Virus record (IMG/VR): IMGVR_UViG_3300045988_141178
Length of the DNA stretch: 39,984 nt
Reading direction: 5' to 3' (one strand)
Source: a virus
Shown piece after piece: positions 28,252 through 36,839 of the stretch (within the stretch, counting starts at the first letter, position 1; each line of letters opens with the position of its first letter). The notes under the pieces are model-generated. The model was given only the letters and a program-made list of their open reading frames with translations. It was not told the origin of the DNA and made no database searches. The position numbers and the translations under genes are program-made.

Positions 28252-28729
28252 TTAATTCTATATCTTTTATTAGTTTTGTTCCAAAATCTTTGTAATTTTC
28301 ATATCCACCTTTGTGTCCTGATATTATCCATAATTCTTTATACATATTTTCTTTTAATTTATTTACGAGCTCTTTGTCTGTTATGTAACAATAAAATGTA
28401 TCTTTCTCTATATTATAATTTGTAATCATACCACTTTGTGTTGGTGTATTTGTTAAATATTCTACTTCTATTTTATAATATGTTTTTAATAAATCTTGTT
28501 CTTGTGTTACTGCTGTAATTCTTGCTTTATCTTTATCATTACTTTCAGCATAATCTATATATCCATGTAAATTTCCTATTGCCATCGGAACTACGAATAA
28601 TGCTAATAATAGCACTACTGCAATTCCTCCAAATAAAAATTCATGGTCATAACTTTCATCTACTAGATAAAAGAATAAAATCATCAATCCAAATAATATA
28701 ATTTCTAAAAAAATTGTTAATAAAATCAT
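28235..28729 (-). CDS. Membrane protein, unknown function
   Basis: Two N-terminal hydrophobic segments and a soluble C-terminal domain. Confidence 0.6.
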   Translation of the reverse strand: MILLTIFLEIILFGLMILFFYLVDESYDHEFLFGGIAVVLLLALFVVPMAIGNLHGYIDYAESNDKDKARITAVTQEQDLLKTYYKIEVEYLTNTPTQSGMITNYNIEKDTFYCYITDKELVNKLKENMYKELWIISGHKGGYENYKDFGTKLIKDIELIEEEK

Positions 28730-28927
28730 TTAATTTTCCTCCCTTGTTATTCCTTTTATAGCCCAAAATTGAGCTTCTTCTAATTTTGTAATTGCCAATG
28801 ATGTTTCTCTACTTTGTTTGCAGTTTGTTTCTATAAAATCGTACACATCAGAAAACATATTTCTAATATCATCAATTCTATTTTTCTGCTCATCATTTAC
28901 ATCTGTATATTTAGCTCTATCATTCAT
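28730..28927 (-). CDS. Acb2-like (candidate anti-CBASS cyclic-nucleotide sponge) small protein, 65 aa
   Basis: NRIDDIRNMFSDVYDFIETNCKQSRETSLAITKLEEAQFWAIKGITREEN resembles the Acb2/Tad1 hairpin pattern (S/RExSLAxTxLEEAxMWAxKAIxR). SD GAAGGAGG upstream of ATG 28927. Confidence 0.65.
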   Translation of the reverse strand: MNDRAKYTDVNDEQKNRIDDIRNMFSDVYDFIETNCKQSRETSLAITKLEEAQFWAIKGITREEN

Positions 28928-29061
28928 TATTTTTTTTCCTCCTTCCTTTTTTGATTTTTTTGGAATTGCTCCCATATTTTATTGAATTTTGCATTATTGT
29001 GAGCTTTTTTATGTTGTTTCATCAACTCTTGTCTTTGTAATTTTCTTTCTAAACTAGCCAT
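28927..29061 (-). CDS. Small basic protein (44 aa)
   Basis: MASLERKLQRQELMKQHKKAHNNAKFNKIWEQFQKNQKRKEEKK*, SD AAAGGAG. Confidence 0.5.
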   Translation of the reverse strand: MASLERKLQRQELMKQHKKAHNNAKFNKIWEQFQKNQKRKEEKK

Positions 29062-29353
29062 TACAATTTCTCCTTTCTATAATTTCTAATATTTTAATTA
29101 CATAATAATTTATGTTAGGCTCTGCTCCCCACTCCTCTTTTCCAGGTCCGATTGTTATTGCACATTTACATTTAATTGATGGAGATTTATAACTATATCC
29201 ATTTCTTAAAACTAATGTGGTTACTTTTCCTGTCCCTGTTGAATAATGTCCTATTCTTTTATCATAATATGGTTTAATCTCTCTGTATTCTTCTTTTTTC
29301 TCTCCACTTCTTATCATATCAAACCATTTCTTTTTTATTGGTAATACTAACAC
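29054..29353 (-). CDS. ASCH domain protein
   Basis: MLVLPIKKKWFDMIRSGEKKEEYREIKPYYDKRI…TTLVLRNGYSYKSPSIKCKCAITIGPGKEEWGAEP. Confidence 0.8.
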   Translation of the reverse strand: MLVLPIKKKWFDMIRSGEKKEEYREIKPYYDKRIGHYSTGTGKVTTLVLRNGYSYKSPSIKCKCAITIGPGKEEWGAEPNINYYVIKILEIIERRNCNG

Positions 29354-29368
29354 TATTTTCTCCTTTCA

Positions 29369-29467
29369 TCATTGCTCATCATTACTCTTATTTACTTGTA
29401 TTATTGCTAGTAAAAAAACTCCTGCATTTGCTCCGATTATAAATCCTAAAATAAATGACCAAATCAT
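29369..29467 (-). CDS. Small membrane protein (32 aa, DUF3789-like)
   Basis: MIWSFILGFIIGANAGVFLLAIIQVNKSNDEQ*, SD GGAGG. Confidence 0.55.
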   Translation of the reverse strand: MIWSFILGFIIGANAGVFLLAIIQVNKSNDEQ

Positions 29468-29470
29468 ATA

Positions 29471-29878
29471 TTATTCCTCCTTAGGTAAAAATACTTTTCC
29501 TCCGTGTCTTTCTAAAATATCTATAAAGTTTTCAATGGTTGTCCCAGCTAAAATATTAAAATCATCTGTATGTATCCATGCAACTGCTTGTTTGTTTATA
29601 TCTTCAACAGAATACGGACTATTTAAATAATTATCACAGGGCAATATCATATTACTTTCAGTTTCAAAATATAATACTTTATGTTTTATCTCATGATGTT
29701 TGTATTTTCTTTTAAATATATCCTCGTTATCTTCTATTAGTTCGCTCCAATCATTGTATGGTTCTCCGGCATTATGTTCGTATGGTGCGTCGTCCCAATC
29801 ATCTCCGCCATTGTTTTTCAAAATTATTAGTGAACCATGCTTTGTTGCCATCAACATAGCACAATTTATATTCATCAT
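29471..29878 (-). CDS. Hypothetical protein
   Basis: 135-aa ORF in early operon. Confidence 0.5.
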   Translation of the reverse strand: MMNINCAMLMATKHGSLIILKNNGGDDWDDAPYEHNAGEPYNDWSELIEDNEDIFKRKYKHHEIKHKVLYFETESNMILPCDNYLNSPYSVEDINKQAVAWIHTDDFNILAGTTIENFIDILERHGGKVFLPKEE

Positions 29879-29928
29879 AATAGCAACCAGTACATCCCAT
29901 TTTTTCCACTCTGCAATGATCCCATTCT

Positions 29929-30333
29929 TTACCTGTACATTTCATCTTTTGCCTCTCCTCCTATCTTTTGAATTTGATAACATGCATGTCTTACTTCTTC
30001 ATATATTTCTTTGGTGGTCCATCTTTTTCCACCTGTTCTAAATTCCTTTGGTACTAATTCTTCAAATCCACCATAATCTCCATAATGAGCATAATCCCAA
30101 CCAATGAATTTTCCATCTAATTTTTCATTTTCATTAATCCATAAATGGTCTCCTGAATATGTAATTCCACCATGGACATCTATTTCATTTTCATCTATAT
30201 TTAAATTGCTAGGTAGTTTTATATATGCAGTTGGATGAAATCCTAAATTCATAATAAAATATAATAATCCAAAGCAATAACCTGTTGATAATATTTCTCT
30301 TTTCTGTTTTGCAGAATATATCATTTCTCGCAT
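29929..30333 (-). CDS. Hypothetical phage protein
   Basis: GYCFGLLYFIMNLGFHPTAYIKLP…DVHGGITYSGDHLW…WIGWDYAHYGDY…, compact conserved-looking phage protein. Confidence 0.6.
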   Translation of the reverse strand: MREMIYSAKQKREILSTGYCFGLLYFIMNLGFHPTAYIKLPSNLNIDENEIDVHGGITYSGDHLWINENEKLDGKFIGWDYAHYGDYGGFEELVPKEFRTGGKRWTTKEIYEEVRHACYQIQKIGGEAKDEMYR

Positions 30334-30343
30334 AATTTCCCTC

Positions 30344-30511
30344 CTAATTAACTTTTTCTAATAAACACTTCTTAAAAGCATCTAGTCCATAATGATGTTT
30401 TTCTCCATTGCATTCATAGAAAATTACTTTGTTTTGATTGTCTATTTCTGTGATTTTAAAAATAACTCCATTTATTTTTCCTTTGAATTTATCTCCAACT
30501 TTAATTTCCAT
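30344..30511 (-). CDS. Small hypothetical protein (55 aa)
   Basis: MEIKVGDKFKGKINGVIFKITEIDNQNKVIFYECNGEKHHYGLDAFKKCLLEKVN*, SD GGAGG. Confidence 0.55.
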   Translation of the reverse strand: MEIKVGDKFKGKINGVIFKITEIDNQNKVIFYECNGEKHHYGLDAFKKCLLEKVN

Positions 30512-30917
30512 TTTCAATCTCCTCTATCATTACTGCAACATTTGCATTTGCAGCATAATATTTTTCTACTTCTAATTTAACAACTTGCTTATCATCTAAA
30601 TATGCAATTTTATTCAATGAATCCAATATACTTTTCGCAATGTTATCTGTGTCTGGTTTTACTGTTGGAAATATTTCATTATTTAACATTTGTTGCTGCT
30701 TTTTCTTACTGGTGCTTTTTGGTATGTCATAATAAGCAATTATTTTTACTTTTAATGGTTTTTCTAATGGTCTTTGCCCTTTGTATTTCTCTAAATAGCA
30801 AGTTTTAACCCAATTTTCATAAGCAACTGTTTCTCTTGGTGTATATGCAAATTTTCCATTAAATCTAGGTCTTTGTTTCGCTTGTACCTTACCTTGTATA
30901 ATAAAATTAATTTTCAT
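30501..30917 (-). CDS. rusA: RusA-like Holliday junction resolvase
   Basis: GKVQAKQRPRFNGKFAYTPRETVAYENWV…PTVKPDTDNIAKSILDSLNKIAYLDDKQVV. Confidence 0.88.
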   Translation of the reverse strand: MKINFIIQGKVQAKQRPRFNGKFAYTPRETVAYENWVKTCYLEKYKGQRPLEKPLKVKIIAYYDIPKSTSKKKQQQMLNNEIFPTVKPDTDNIAKSILDSLNKIAYLDDKQVVKLEVEKYYAANANVAVMIEEIENGN

Positions 30918-31093
30918 AATTTATCATTTCTCCTTTTTTCTTATCTGTCAGTTTTGTTTTAAAAATTTATACTAACGTGGTCATTTTTTTGTACCAAATT
31001 TGATAAAATTTTAAGCAGATTTTGATTTTTAATAGTTTAGTAATAAAATTACACTTATAAAAAATAAATCGCCTTAAAATTGATTTTGAAGTG

Positions 31094-31327
31094 TCATATT
31101 TTTAATTGTTTATAATCTGTTATCACTTTGCTGACATCGGGAAGATGTTCTTTCCTCCCAATATCAACATATTTGCAATAATTAACACCAGTAAAATTAT
31201 AATCTTCTAACTTTTGACAACCTAAACACCATTGATTTTGAATTGCCTTTTCACATACTCCAGTTAACTTTGGATATTTTCTATTATTAACCATTCTTTT
31301 TCTCCAGCTCATTTCTAAAACATACAA
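31094..31327 (-). CDS. Small Cys-containing hypothetical protein
   Basis: CEKAIQNQWCLGCQKLEDYNFTGVNYCKYVDIG; likely Zn-binding. Confidence 0.5.
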   Translation of the reverse strand: MYVLEMSWRKRMVNNRKYPKLTGVCEKAIQNQWCLGCQKLEDYNFTGVNYCKYVDIGRKEHLPDVSKVITDYKQLKI

Positions 31328-32085
31328 TAAAATAATTCATAAAATCTTCAAGCCTATTTTCATCATCTATTGTAATTGGACAATACTTTTTTGCTGCTAA
31401 AAATATTCTTGTAAATAATTTTTCTTTTAAATCCGTTAAATATATTTTGTAAGGACTTAAATATATTTGAGCAATAGCATAATATTTTAGTTGTAAATCG
31501 AATTTCATTTGCTCTGGTAAAGATTTATCATTTTCAATATATAATTCTAATTTCTTTAATGTTGTTTCTATGGAGATTCTATCTGTTTCATTAAGCCCCT
31601 CAAAATTCTTATTCTTTTTATTTATAAATAAATATAAAGAATTTAATTTTATTTTATTTAATCTATTATTTTTATTATCCTTATTATTATTATTATCTTT
31701 ATTATATTGTGGTCGGTTGTTGGTCGTTTGATGGTCATTTGATGGTCGGTTGTTGGTCGTTTTTTCTCTGCTTGATTGATAAAACCCATAATTTACAATA
31801 GTTACAAGAGTATATCTGTTGGTCGTTTTAACCACTATTTCTCCGAGTTTTTTGTAATTTTTCTAATGCTGTTCTCACTTGTCTAATAGATAAGCCAGTT
31901 TCTGTTGCTAAAGTCTCTCTTGAAGTTATTTTTTGTCCTGGAAGAATTTCTATGCCATGCCATTTAGCTGGAGTCCAATTAACTGTTAATAATAAATGAG
32001 TAAAGACTCTAAACACATTAATATCATCATACCATTCCCAGTCGAGAATTTTTCTATGTAAATTGATAAACCCCTCTGTGTACAT
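31287..32085 (-). CDS. Phage replisome organizer / DnaD-like initiator, restored by a +1 shift at in-frame CGG 31845-31843 (265 aa)
   Basis: FINLHRKILDWEWYDDINVFRVFTHLLLTVNWTPAKWHGIEILPGQKITSRETLATETGLSIRQVRTALEKLQKT|GEIVVKTTNRYTLVTIVNYGFYQ…; the join rebuilds the usual 'L..L..TGEI..K.TN..s.iti.N...YQ'. Confidence 0.85.
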
Positions 32086-32112
32086 AACATTCTTCCTTTC
32101 GTACTAATTTTT

Positions 32113-33084
32113 TTATTTTTGTAAAAATGGGTCCTCATATTCTTCTTCAAAGATTTGTTGTTTCTCTTCATTTTCTCGAGTTGATTTTTCTATTTGTTTT
32201 GGTTCTTCAACTCCAACTTCTTCTGTAATATCAAAATCATTGTCAACATATTCATAAGTTCCATCTTCTTTTATTTCTGCCATGTCGCTTTCCATAGCTT
32301 TCTGCATATCAACACTCATAATACCCCATTTAGATATAAGTTGCCTTAACATTGTTTTATAAGCCATTCCATCAAAATCCTTATACCAAAAACTACTATA
32401 TTGCCACATATCTTTTTCTGCTACTTTTCCAGCCTCGAAATCTGCAAAAGAAACTTTAGGATATTTTCCTTTTGTTGCATTTACACTAAATGCTTGAGAG
32501 TATTTATCAGCATGTGCTAACATTTTATTTTTACTCCAATAAAGTGTTTTTCTAAATCCATTTAAGTATTCGAGCATTGCATAATATCCAATTGTTTTAG
32601 CCTGCTCTCTTTTTTCTTCATCTTCTATTAGTTTAACTTCAATATCTTCATTTAATGGATCATATTTTATAAGTTCTCCCTCTTTTATTGCTAATACATT
32701 TAATTTCTTATATTGACCGCTTCTGATAGCAAGTTGAATGTAACCTTTATAACCAATTTGAAATTGTGCAACCTTAATCTGAAAAGATGAACCATCTGGA
32801 TTTTTTATTGTTTTATTAAATGGAACCATGTAGAATTGTCCTAGTTGTGGACTAGGGCTCAAATTAAGAGCCTGTCCAACTAATGCTGCAGAAACTATCG
32901 TTGAATTTTCACATTCTGCCAATTGAGGATTTGTACTTACTGCAGATATTATACTTGTAACAAATTGTTGACCTTTTTCTCCTCCTACCATTTCATTGAT
33001 TTTCTTTTTCATAGCATCCGTTGATAAAAATGTACTAAATGTTTGTTTTTGTTCTCTTTTTACTAAACTATTTTTTACTTCCAT
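32113..33084 (-). CDS. recT: RecT single-strand annealing protein
   Basis: FVTSIISAVSTNPQLAECENSTIVSAALVGQALNLSPSPQLGQFYMVPFNKT…FQIGYKGYIQLAIRSGQYK. Confidence 0.93.
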   Translation of the reverse strand: MEVKNSLVKREQKQTFSTFLSTDAMKKKINEMVGGEKGQQFVTSIISAVSTNPQLAECENSTIVSAALVGQALNLSPSPQLGQFYMVPFNKTIKNPDGSSFQIKVAQFQIGYKGYIQLAIRSGQYKKLNVLAIKEGELIKYDPLNEDIEVKLIEDEEKREQAKTIGYYAMLEYLNGFRKTLYWSKNKMLAHADKYSQAFSVNATKGKYPKVSFADFEAGKVAEKDMWQYSSFWYKDFDGMAYKTMLRQLISKWGIMSVDMQKAMESDMAEIKEDGTYEYVDNDFDITEEVGVEEPKQIEKSTRENEEKQQIFEEEYEDPFLQK

Positions 33085-33348
33085 TTACTTTTCCTCCCTT
33101 ACAATTAACTTAATTGCACTTTTATTCTCGTTGTCAATTTCTACTTCTGTAAATGCTGGAATACATACTAAATTTATTCCCATTGGTGCAACAAAACCTC
33201 TTGCTATTGCAACTGCCTTAACAGCTTGATTTAGAGCTCCAGCTCCTACTGCTTGCATTTCTGATTTTCCAAATTCTTTTATTTGAGCAGTTAATGCTCC
33301 AGCAACTGAATTTACATTTGATTTACTTGATATTTTCAAAATTTCCAT
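33085..33348 (-). CDS. Stage V sporulation protein S (SpoVS)-like / Alba-like protein
   Basis: MEILKISSKSNVNSVAGALTAQIKEFGKSEMQAVGAGALNQAVKAVAIARGFVAPMGINLVCIPAFTEVEIDNENKSAIKLIVREEK. Confidence 0.85.
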   Translation of the reverse strand: MEILKISSKSNVNSVAGALTAQIKEFGKSEMQAVGAGALNQAVKAVAIARGFVAPMGINLVCIPAFTEVEIDNENKSAIKLIVREEK

Positions 33349-33352
33349 ATTA

Positions 33353-33679
33353 TTAGTCCTCCACTCCTAGTTTTTTTAATAATTCTTTTACTTCTTTTGC
33401 TTTTTCTTCACTATCTACAACTATTGTTTTTTTAATAACTTTCTTACATGATTTCTTATGTTCTTTTTCTTCATCAAACCCAATATCAACTGCTCCTCTT
33501 ATAAGCTCTTTAGGTATTCCATGTTTATGTAATTCGGAGCAAATCAAACTTATCATTGTCAAAACAGTAGGAAAAGTTCCCTCAATTGTAGTTTCTGCCT
33601 TTTCTCTGTCATCATCTACCTCAACAATAATCTTTCCTTTCATTTTTGGTCTTCCAAATAATTCATCAATTAAATTCAT
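33353..33679 (-). CDS. Hypothetical protein
   Basis: 108-aa ORF in recombination operon. Confidence 0.55.
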   Translation of the reverse strand: MNLIDELFGRPKMKGKIIVEVDDDREKAETTIEGTFPTVLTMISLICSELHKHGIPKELIRGAVDIGFDEEKEHKKSCKKVIKKTIVVDSEEKAKEVKELLKKLGVED

Positions 33680-33682
33680 AAT

Positions 33683-34495
33683 TTAATCCACCTTTCCATA
33701 TTTAATATTATTTTGAATTAGAAAATCTCTAATTTTCATCTTTTGTTCTTGAGTAACCCACACTCTAAAATCAATAACTTGTAATTGTTCTTGTGTAGAT
33801 GCTGGTTGTGTGCTAGGAGCTTGTATTTCCTTTTTAGCCTCTTGTTGTTGCTTTAATTCTTCTAGTTTTTTATTGTTTTCAATAACATTCATTCCATATT
33901 TTAATGAACCACTTAAACAATCAGAGTCTACTATGTGTGAAAAATAAAATGCTTGTACTTGTTTTAGAATCACTTCATCATTTATTTGACCTTTTAAAAC
34001 TTTCATATCATCTGATGTTTTAACTACTAAATGATTTATTTCCTCTTCTATTTTCTTCATAGTATATGTTTTATTTAACCATCTTGGATTAAATATTGAA
34101 TCAAATATAATTAAGTCTTTATAATCTCCTATGTAGGCATTAAATATTGCTTTTATTTGCTCTCTCTTTTCATTTTGTTCTTTTTCTTCAAATGCTTTTA
34201 CTTGAGTATCTATTGAACTTGAGGCATCTGTAATTATTCCTTGAAGCTCTTTACACTTATTTTCAAAATCTTCAAATGGTTTTAAAACTTCTTTTTTTAT
34301 TCTAATTTTTTCATCGTTTATAGCTTTGGCTACTTTATTTAATGTCGCTCTGTCTGTTTTAGCAGCAGTAATAGTTTCTTCTGTATAAACTACTGATTTA
34401 TATTCTTTTGCTTTTTCTGTTACCCATTTCTTAATATCTTCATAATTAAATTGAATAGGTGCTAATGATTTTATCTCTTCAACTTTTAATTCCAT
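33683..34495 (-). CDS. DUF1351-like phage protein
   Basis: VTEKAKEYKSVVYTEETITAAKTDRATLNKVAKAINDEKIRIKKEVLKPFEDFENKCKEL…IDTQVKAFEEKEQNEKREQI. Confidence 0.8.
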   Translation of the reverse strand: MELKVEEIKSLAPIQFNYEDIKKWVTEKAKEYKSVVYTEETITAAKTDRATLNKVAKAINDEKIRIKKEVLKPFEDFENKCKELQGIITDASSSIDTQVKAFEEKEQNEKREQIKAIFNAYIGDYKDLIIFDSIFNPRWLNKTYTMKKIEEEINHLVVKTSDDMKVLKGQINDEVILKQVQAFYFSHIVDSDCLSGSLKYGMNVIENNKKLEELKQQQEAKKEIQAPSTQPASTQEQLQVIDFRVWVTQEQKMKIRDFLIQNNIKYGKVD

Positions 34496-34497
34496 AT

Positions 34498-34791
34498 CTA
34501 ATCTTCCCTCCTAACTACTATAAATTTAATTACATTATCATCAATTCTATATTGTCTTTCTAGCTCTGAAATAAATGATGCTTCACTCTCAAAATTAAAT
34601 ATCATATAAAATCCTTCTTTATTTTTTCTAATTTCATAAGCTAATCTTTTTTTACCTAAATTTTCAAAGCTTTTAACCTTTCCATTTTCGTTAATTATTT
34701 TTGAATATTTATTTTCTATTTCTTTTTGTTGCTTTTCATCTAAAGTTGGAGCAACTATTATTACACTTTCATATTTATTCATTTTAATCAT
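34498..34791 (-). CDS. Ribosomal protein bS6-like protein
   Basis: MNKYESVIIVAPTLDEKQQKEIENKYSKIINENGKVKSFENLGKKRLAYEIRKNKEGFYMIFNFESEASFISELERQYRIDDNVIKFIVVRRED: bS6 pattern (YE…ii.p.l.e…G.v…e.wGkkrLAYeI.k..eG.Yv...f……el.r.....d.vlr.lvvr.d). Confidence 0.85.
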   Translation of the reverse strand: MIKMNKYESVIIVAPTLDEKQQKEIENKYSKIINENGKVKSFENLGKKRLAYEIRKNKEGFYMIFNFESEASFISELERQYRIDDNVIKFIVVRRED

Positions 34792-34796
34792 CCTTT

Positions 34797-35306
34797 CTAA
34801 TTTCCTAATGCTTTTCTAATTCGTGTTTTCTCTATTCCCTGTGCCATCATTGAAGACTTAATTGCTTTTTCTCTTTCTTCTGGTGTGAGTTCACTTATAT
34901 CTGTAACAGGTCCATTTATAGGGAATATCTGATTTTTTTGTATAAAAGCATTTATAAATATTTCTTGTTCATTATAAAAACTTTTTAAATATACTGATAA
35001 CATATATTTAAATTCTATTTCTTGGGCTGGTGTTAATTCGAGCCAATATTTTGTTCTATGTCCATTCCTTTGCCATAAACTTACATTTTCAAAATGTGCA
35101 TATAATATTTGACTACATATTTTTACTTCAGCATGATTTTTTAATGTTATCCATATAGTTTTCACTTCAGATTTTTCAAGTTCTTCTTCGGTTATTCCAT
35201 ATTTTTTCATCAATTTATTTAACAATTTTGTTGCATTTTCCTTTTCTCCGTTGATACCTCTATCACTTAATGCTTTTAATTTTTTTATAACATCCATTTT
35301 TTCCAT
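34797..35306 (-). CDS. DUF2786-like protein
   Basis: KLKALSDRGINGEKENATKLLNKLMKKYGITEEEL. Confidence 0.75.
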   Translation of the reverse strand: MEKMDVIKKLKALSDRGINGEKENATKLLNKLMKKYGITEEELEKSEVKTIWITLKNHAEVKICSQILYAHFENVSLWQRNGHRTKYWLELTPAQEIEFKYMLSVYLKSFYNEQEIFINAFIQKNQIFPINGPVTDISELTPEEREKAIKSSMMAQGIEKTRIRKALGN

Positions 35307-35318
35307 TGAAAAATCCTC

Positions 35319-35945
35319 CTATATCATTGGTAATACTAATGGAGGTCGTTTATCTTCCTCTACATATTTCCAAAACTCAATTTCTTTTTCTTGTAAATAA
35401 TCTATATCTTCAGCTAAATTATTTCTGTCAAATTTAAATGTTTTTGTCATTTGTAAATCTTCTGAATATGTTAATTCTGCAAACAAATATGCGAATGAAA
35501 ATCCAGTAACATTTAGATAATGCAATACTTGTATAAAATAATTGTCTGGCACATTTCCATCTTTCCATTTTTCTTTTTGCATACTTCTTAATAATTCAGA
35601 TGTTTTTATTTCCAATACACCTTTTTCTCCAGTTTCCTTATTGATTAAAATTCCATCAAGACTAGCAAATAAAAATGGATATTTAGGGTGTCTAATTATC
35701 GTATTTTCTTCATGTATAACTTCAAATTCGGGATGTTTTATTGCAAAACTTTGTCTCAAGTTATCTTCCATTGCTACACCATATTGTACATAAGGTTTAT
35801 TTGAAATATCTTCTTGCTCTGCTCTTTTAGTTTTTATTTCCCATAATTTAATGTTATCGCTATATGGGTTTAACCCTACTATTGCAGATGCATCTGAACC
35901 ACCAATTCCAGTTTTTCTTTCTTCTAACCATTGTTCTCTAGTCAT
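35319..35945 (-). CDS. YqaJ-like viral recombinase/exonuclease
   Basis: REQWLEERKTGIGGSDASAIVGLNPYSDNIKLWEIKT…VQYGVAMEDNLRQSF…PFLFASLDGILINKETGEKGVLEIKT. Confidence 0.9.
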   Translation of the reverse strand: MTREQWLEERKTGIGGSDASAIVGLNPYSDNIKLWEIKTKRAEQEDISNKPYVQYGVAMEDNLRQSFAIKHPEFEVIHEENTIIRHPKYPFLFASLDGILINKETGEKGVLEIKTSELLRSMQKEKWKDGNVPDNYFIQVLHYLNVTGFSFAYLFAELTYSEDLQMTKTFKFDRNNLAEDIDYLQEKEIEFWKYVEEDKRPPLVLPMI

Positions 35946-35956
35946 AATTTTAACCT

Positions 35957-36151
35957 TTACCTCTCTTCAAATTTTTTACCATTGCACCACATGTAATTTT
36001 CTGTTGGGCAAAATTCATCATATACTAGAGCAAAATCTTCATGCTCATCGCAATACATATCTCCATGTTCTAAATACATACAACAAATGCAATTTTCACA
36101 TGTTTTTACTGTTTTATTTTTATTTCTGTTTCGTTGTATTGGCTTTCCCAA
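35957..36151 (-). CDS. Small Cys-rich protein
   Basis: CENCICCMYLEHGDMYCDEHEDFALVYDEFCPTENYMWCNGKKFEE. Confidence 0.55.
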   Translation of the reverse strand: MGKPIQRNRNKNKTVKTCENCICCMYLEHGDMYCDEHEDFALVYDEFCPTENYMWCNGKKFEER

Positions 36152-36235
36152 AATTTTCTCCTTTCTATTGCACCAAATTTACTTTTATGATAAAATGCAA
36201 ATAAAGTGAATTTATATAAATTTTCTTTATAAAAA

Positions 36236-36604
36236 CTATCTATGGCTTTGGTCGGTTATAGGTAGTTTTATTATTTGTGCTTTTTCCTTTTGGTAAAATC
36301 CATCTATTTCATCAATAAGTAATTCATATCTTGTATCTGTACATAATCCTGATATTTTTCTTCTTTTTACTGATGAATCCCCATAATCGTTTGACTCATT
36401 TAAGTTTCTAATTCTTAATAAAATATCTGCCAAACTAAATTTAATATCCTTAATTTCCTTATCTTTTGCAGCAACTGTTTCTTCTAATTGCTTAATTTTT
36501 TGAGCTTCCTCTGTGTGTTTTCCTATCATTTTATTTTCCCTCCTTTTAATTCTCTTAATAGGTATTTCATTTTTGCTAATGTTACAATGTGCCATATATA
36601 ACAC
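36236..36604 (-). CDS. Hypothetical coiled-coil protein
   Basis: 122-aa ORF; a start at MIGKHTEEAQKIKQLEE with SD is likely. Confidence 0.5.
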   Translation of the reverse strand: MLYMAHCNISKNEIPIKRIKRRENKMIGKHTEEAQKIKQLEETVAAKDKEIKDIKFSLADILLRIRNLNESNDYGDSSVKRRKISGLCTDTRYELLIDEIDGFYQKEKAQIIKLPITDQSHR

Positions 36605-36613
36605 TTATGTAAT

Positions 36614-36838
36614 TTATCTTCTGGCATGTGCTTTTACCTCTCTTTCCTCTAGAATTGTTTCAATAACTAATATTGCTATTAATCCTAAAACTGGAATTAG
36701 ATATTCTCCTCCAAATCCTTTGTAACCTCTCCATGCATTTGCATAAGAAATTGCTTTTGGTGTAATAATAATTGTACCTACTATAATAAGTAACTCAATA
36801 ATCCTTGAAATAAACTTTCCTTTGTTTACAACTTTCAT
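36614..36838 (-). CDS. Small membrane protein
   Basis: 74-aa ORF with two TM segments. Confidence 0.5.
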   Translation of the reverse strand: MKVVNKGKFISRIIELLIIVGTIIITPKAISYANAWRGYKGFGGEYLIPVLGLIAILVIETILEEREVKAHARR

Positions 36839-36839
36839 C

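Noticed and set aside
31628-31760. Asn/Lys-rich region in replisome organizer with repeated TTNNRP motifs (GGTCGTTGGTCGTTT repeats)
   Set aside because: Short imperfect coding repeats (ACGACCAAC…) could be an origin iteron set inside the initiator gene, but copy number and spacing are too irregular for a confident ori call from sequence alone.
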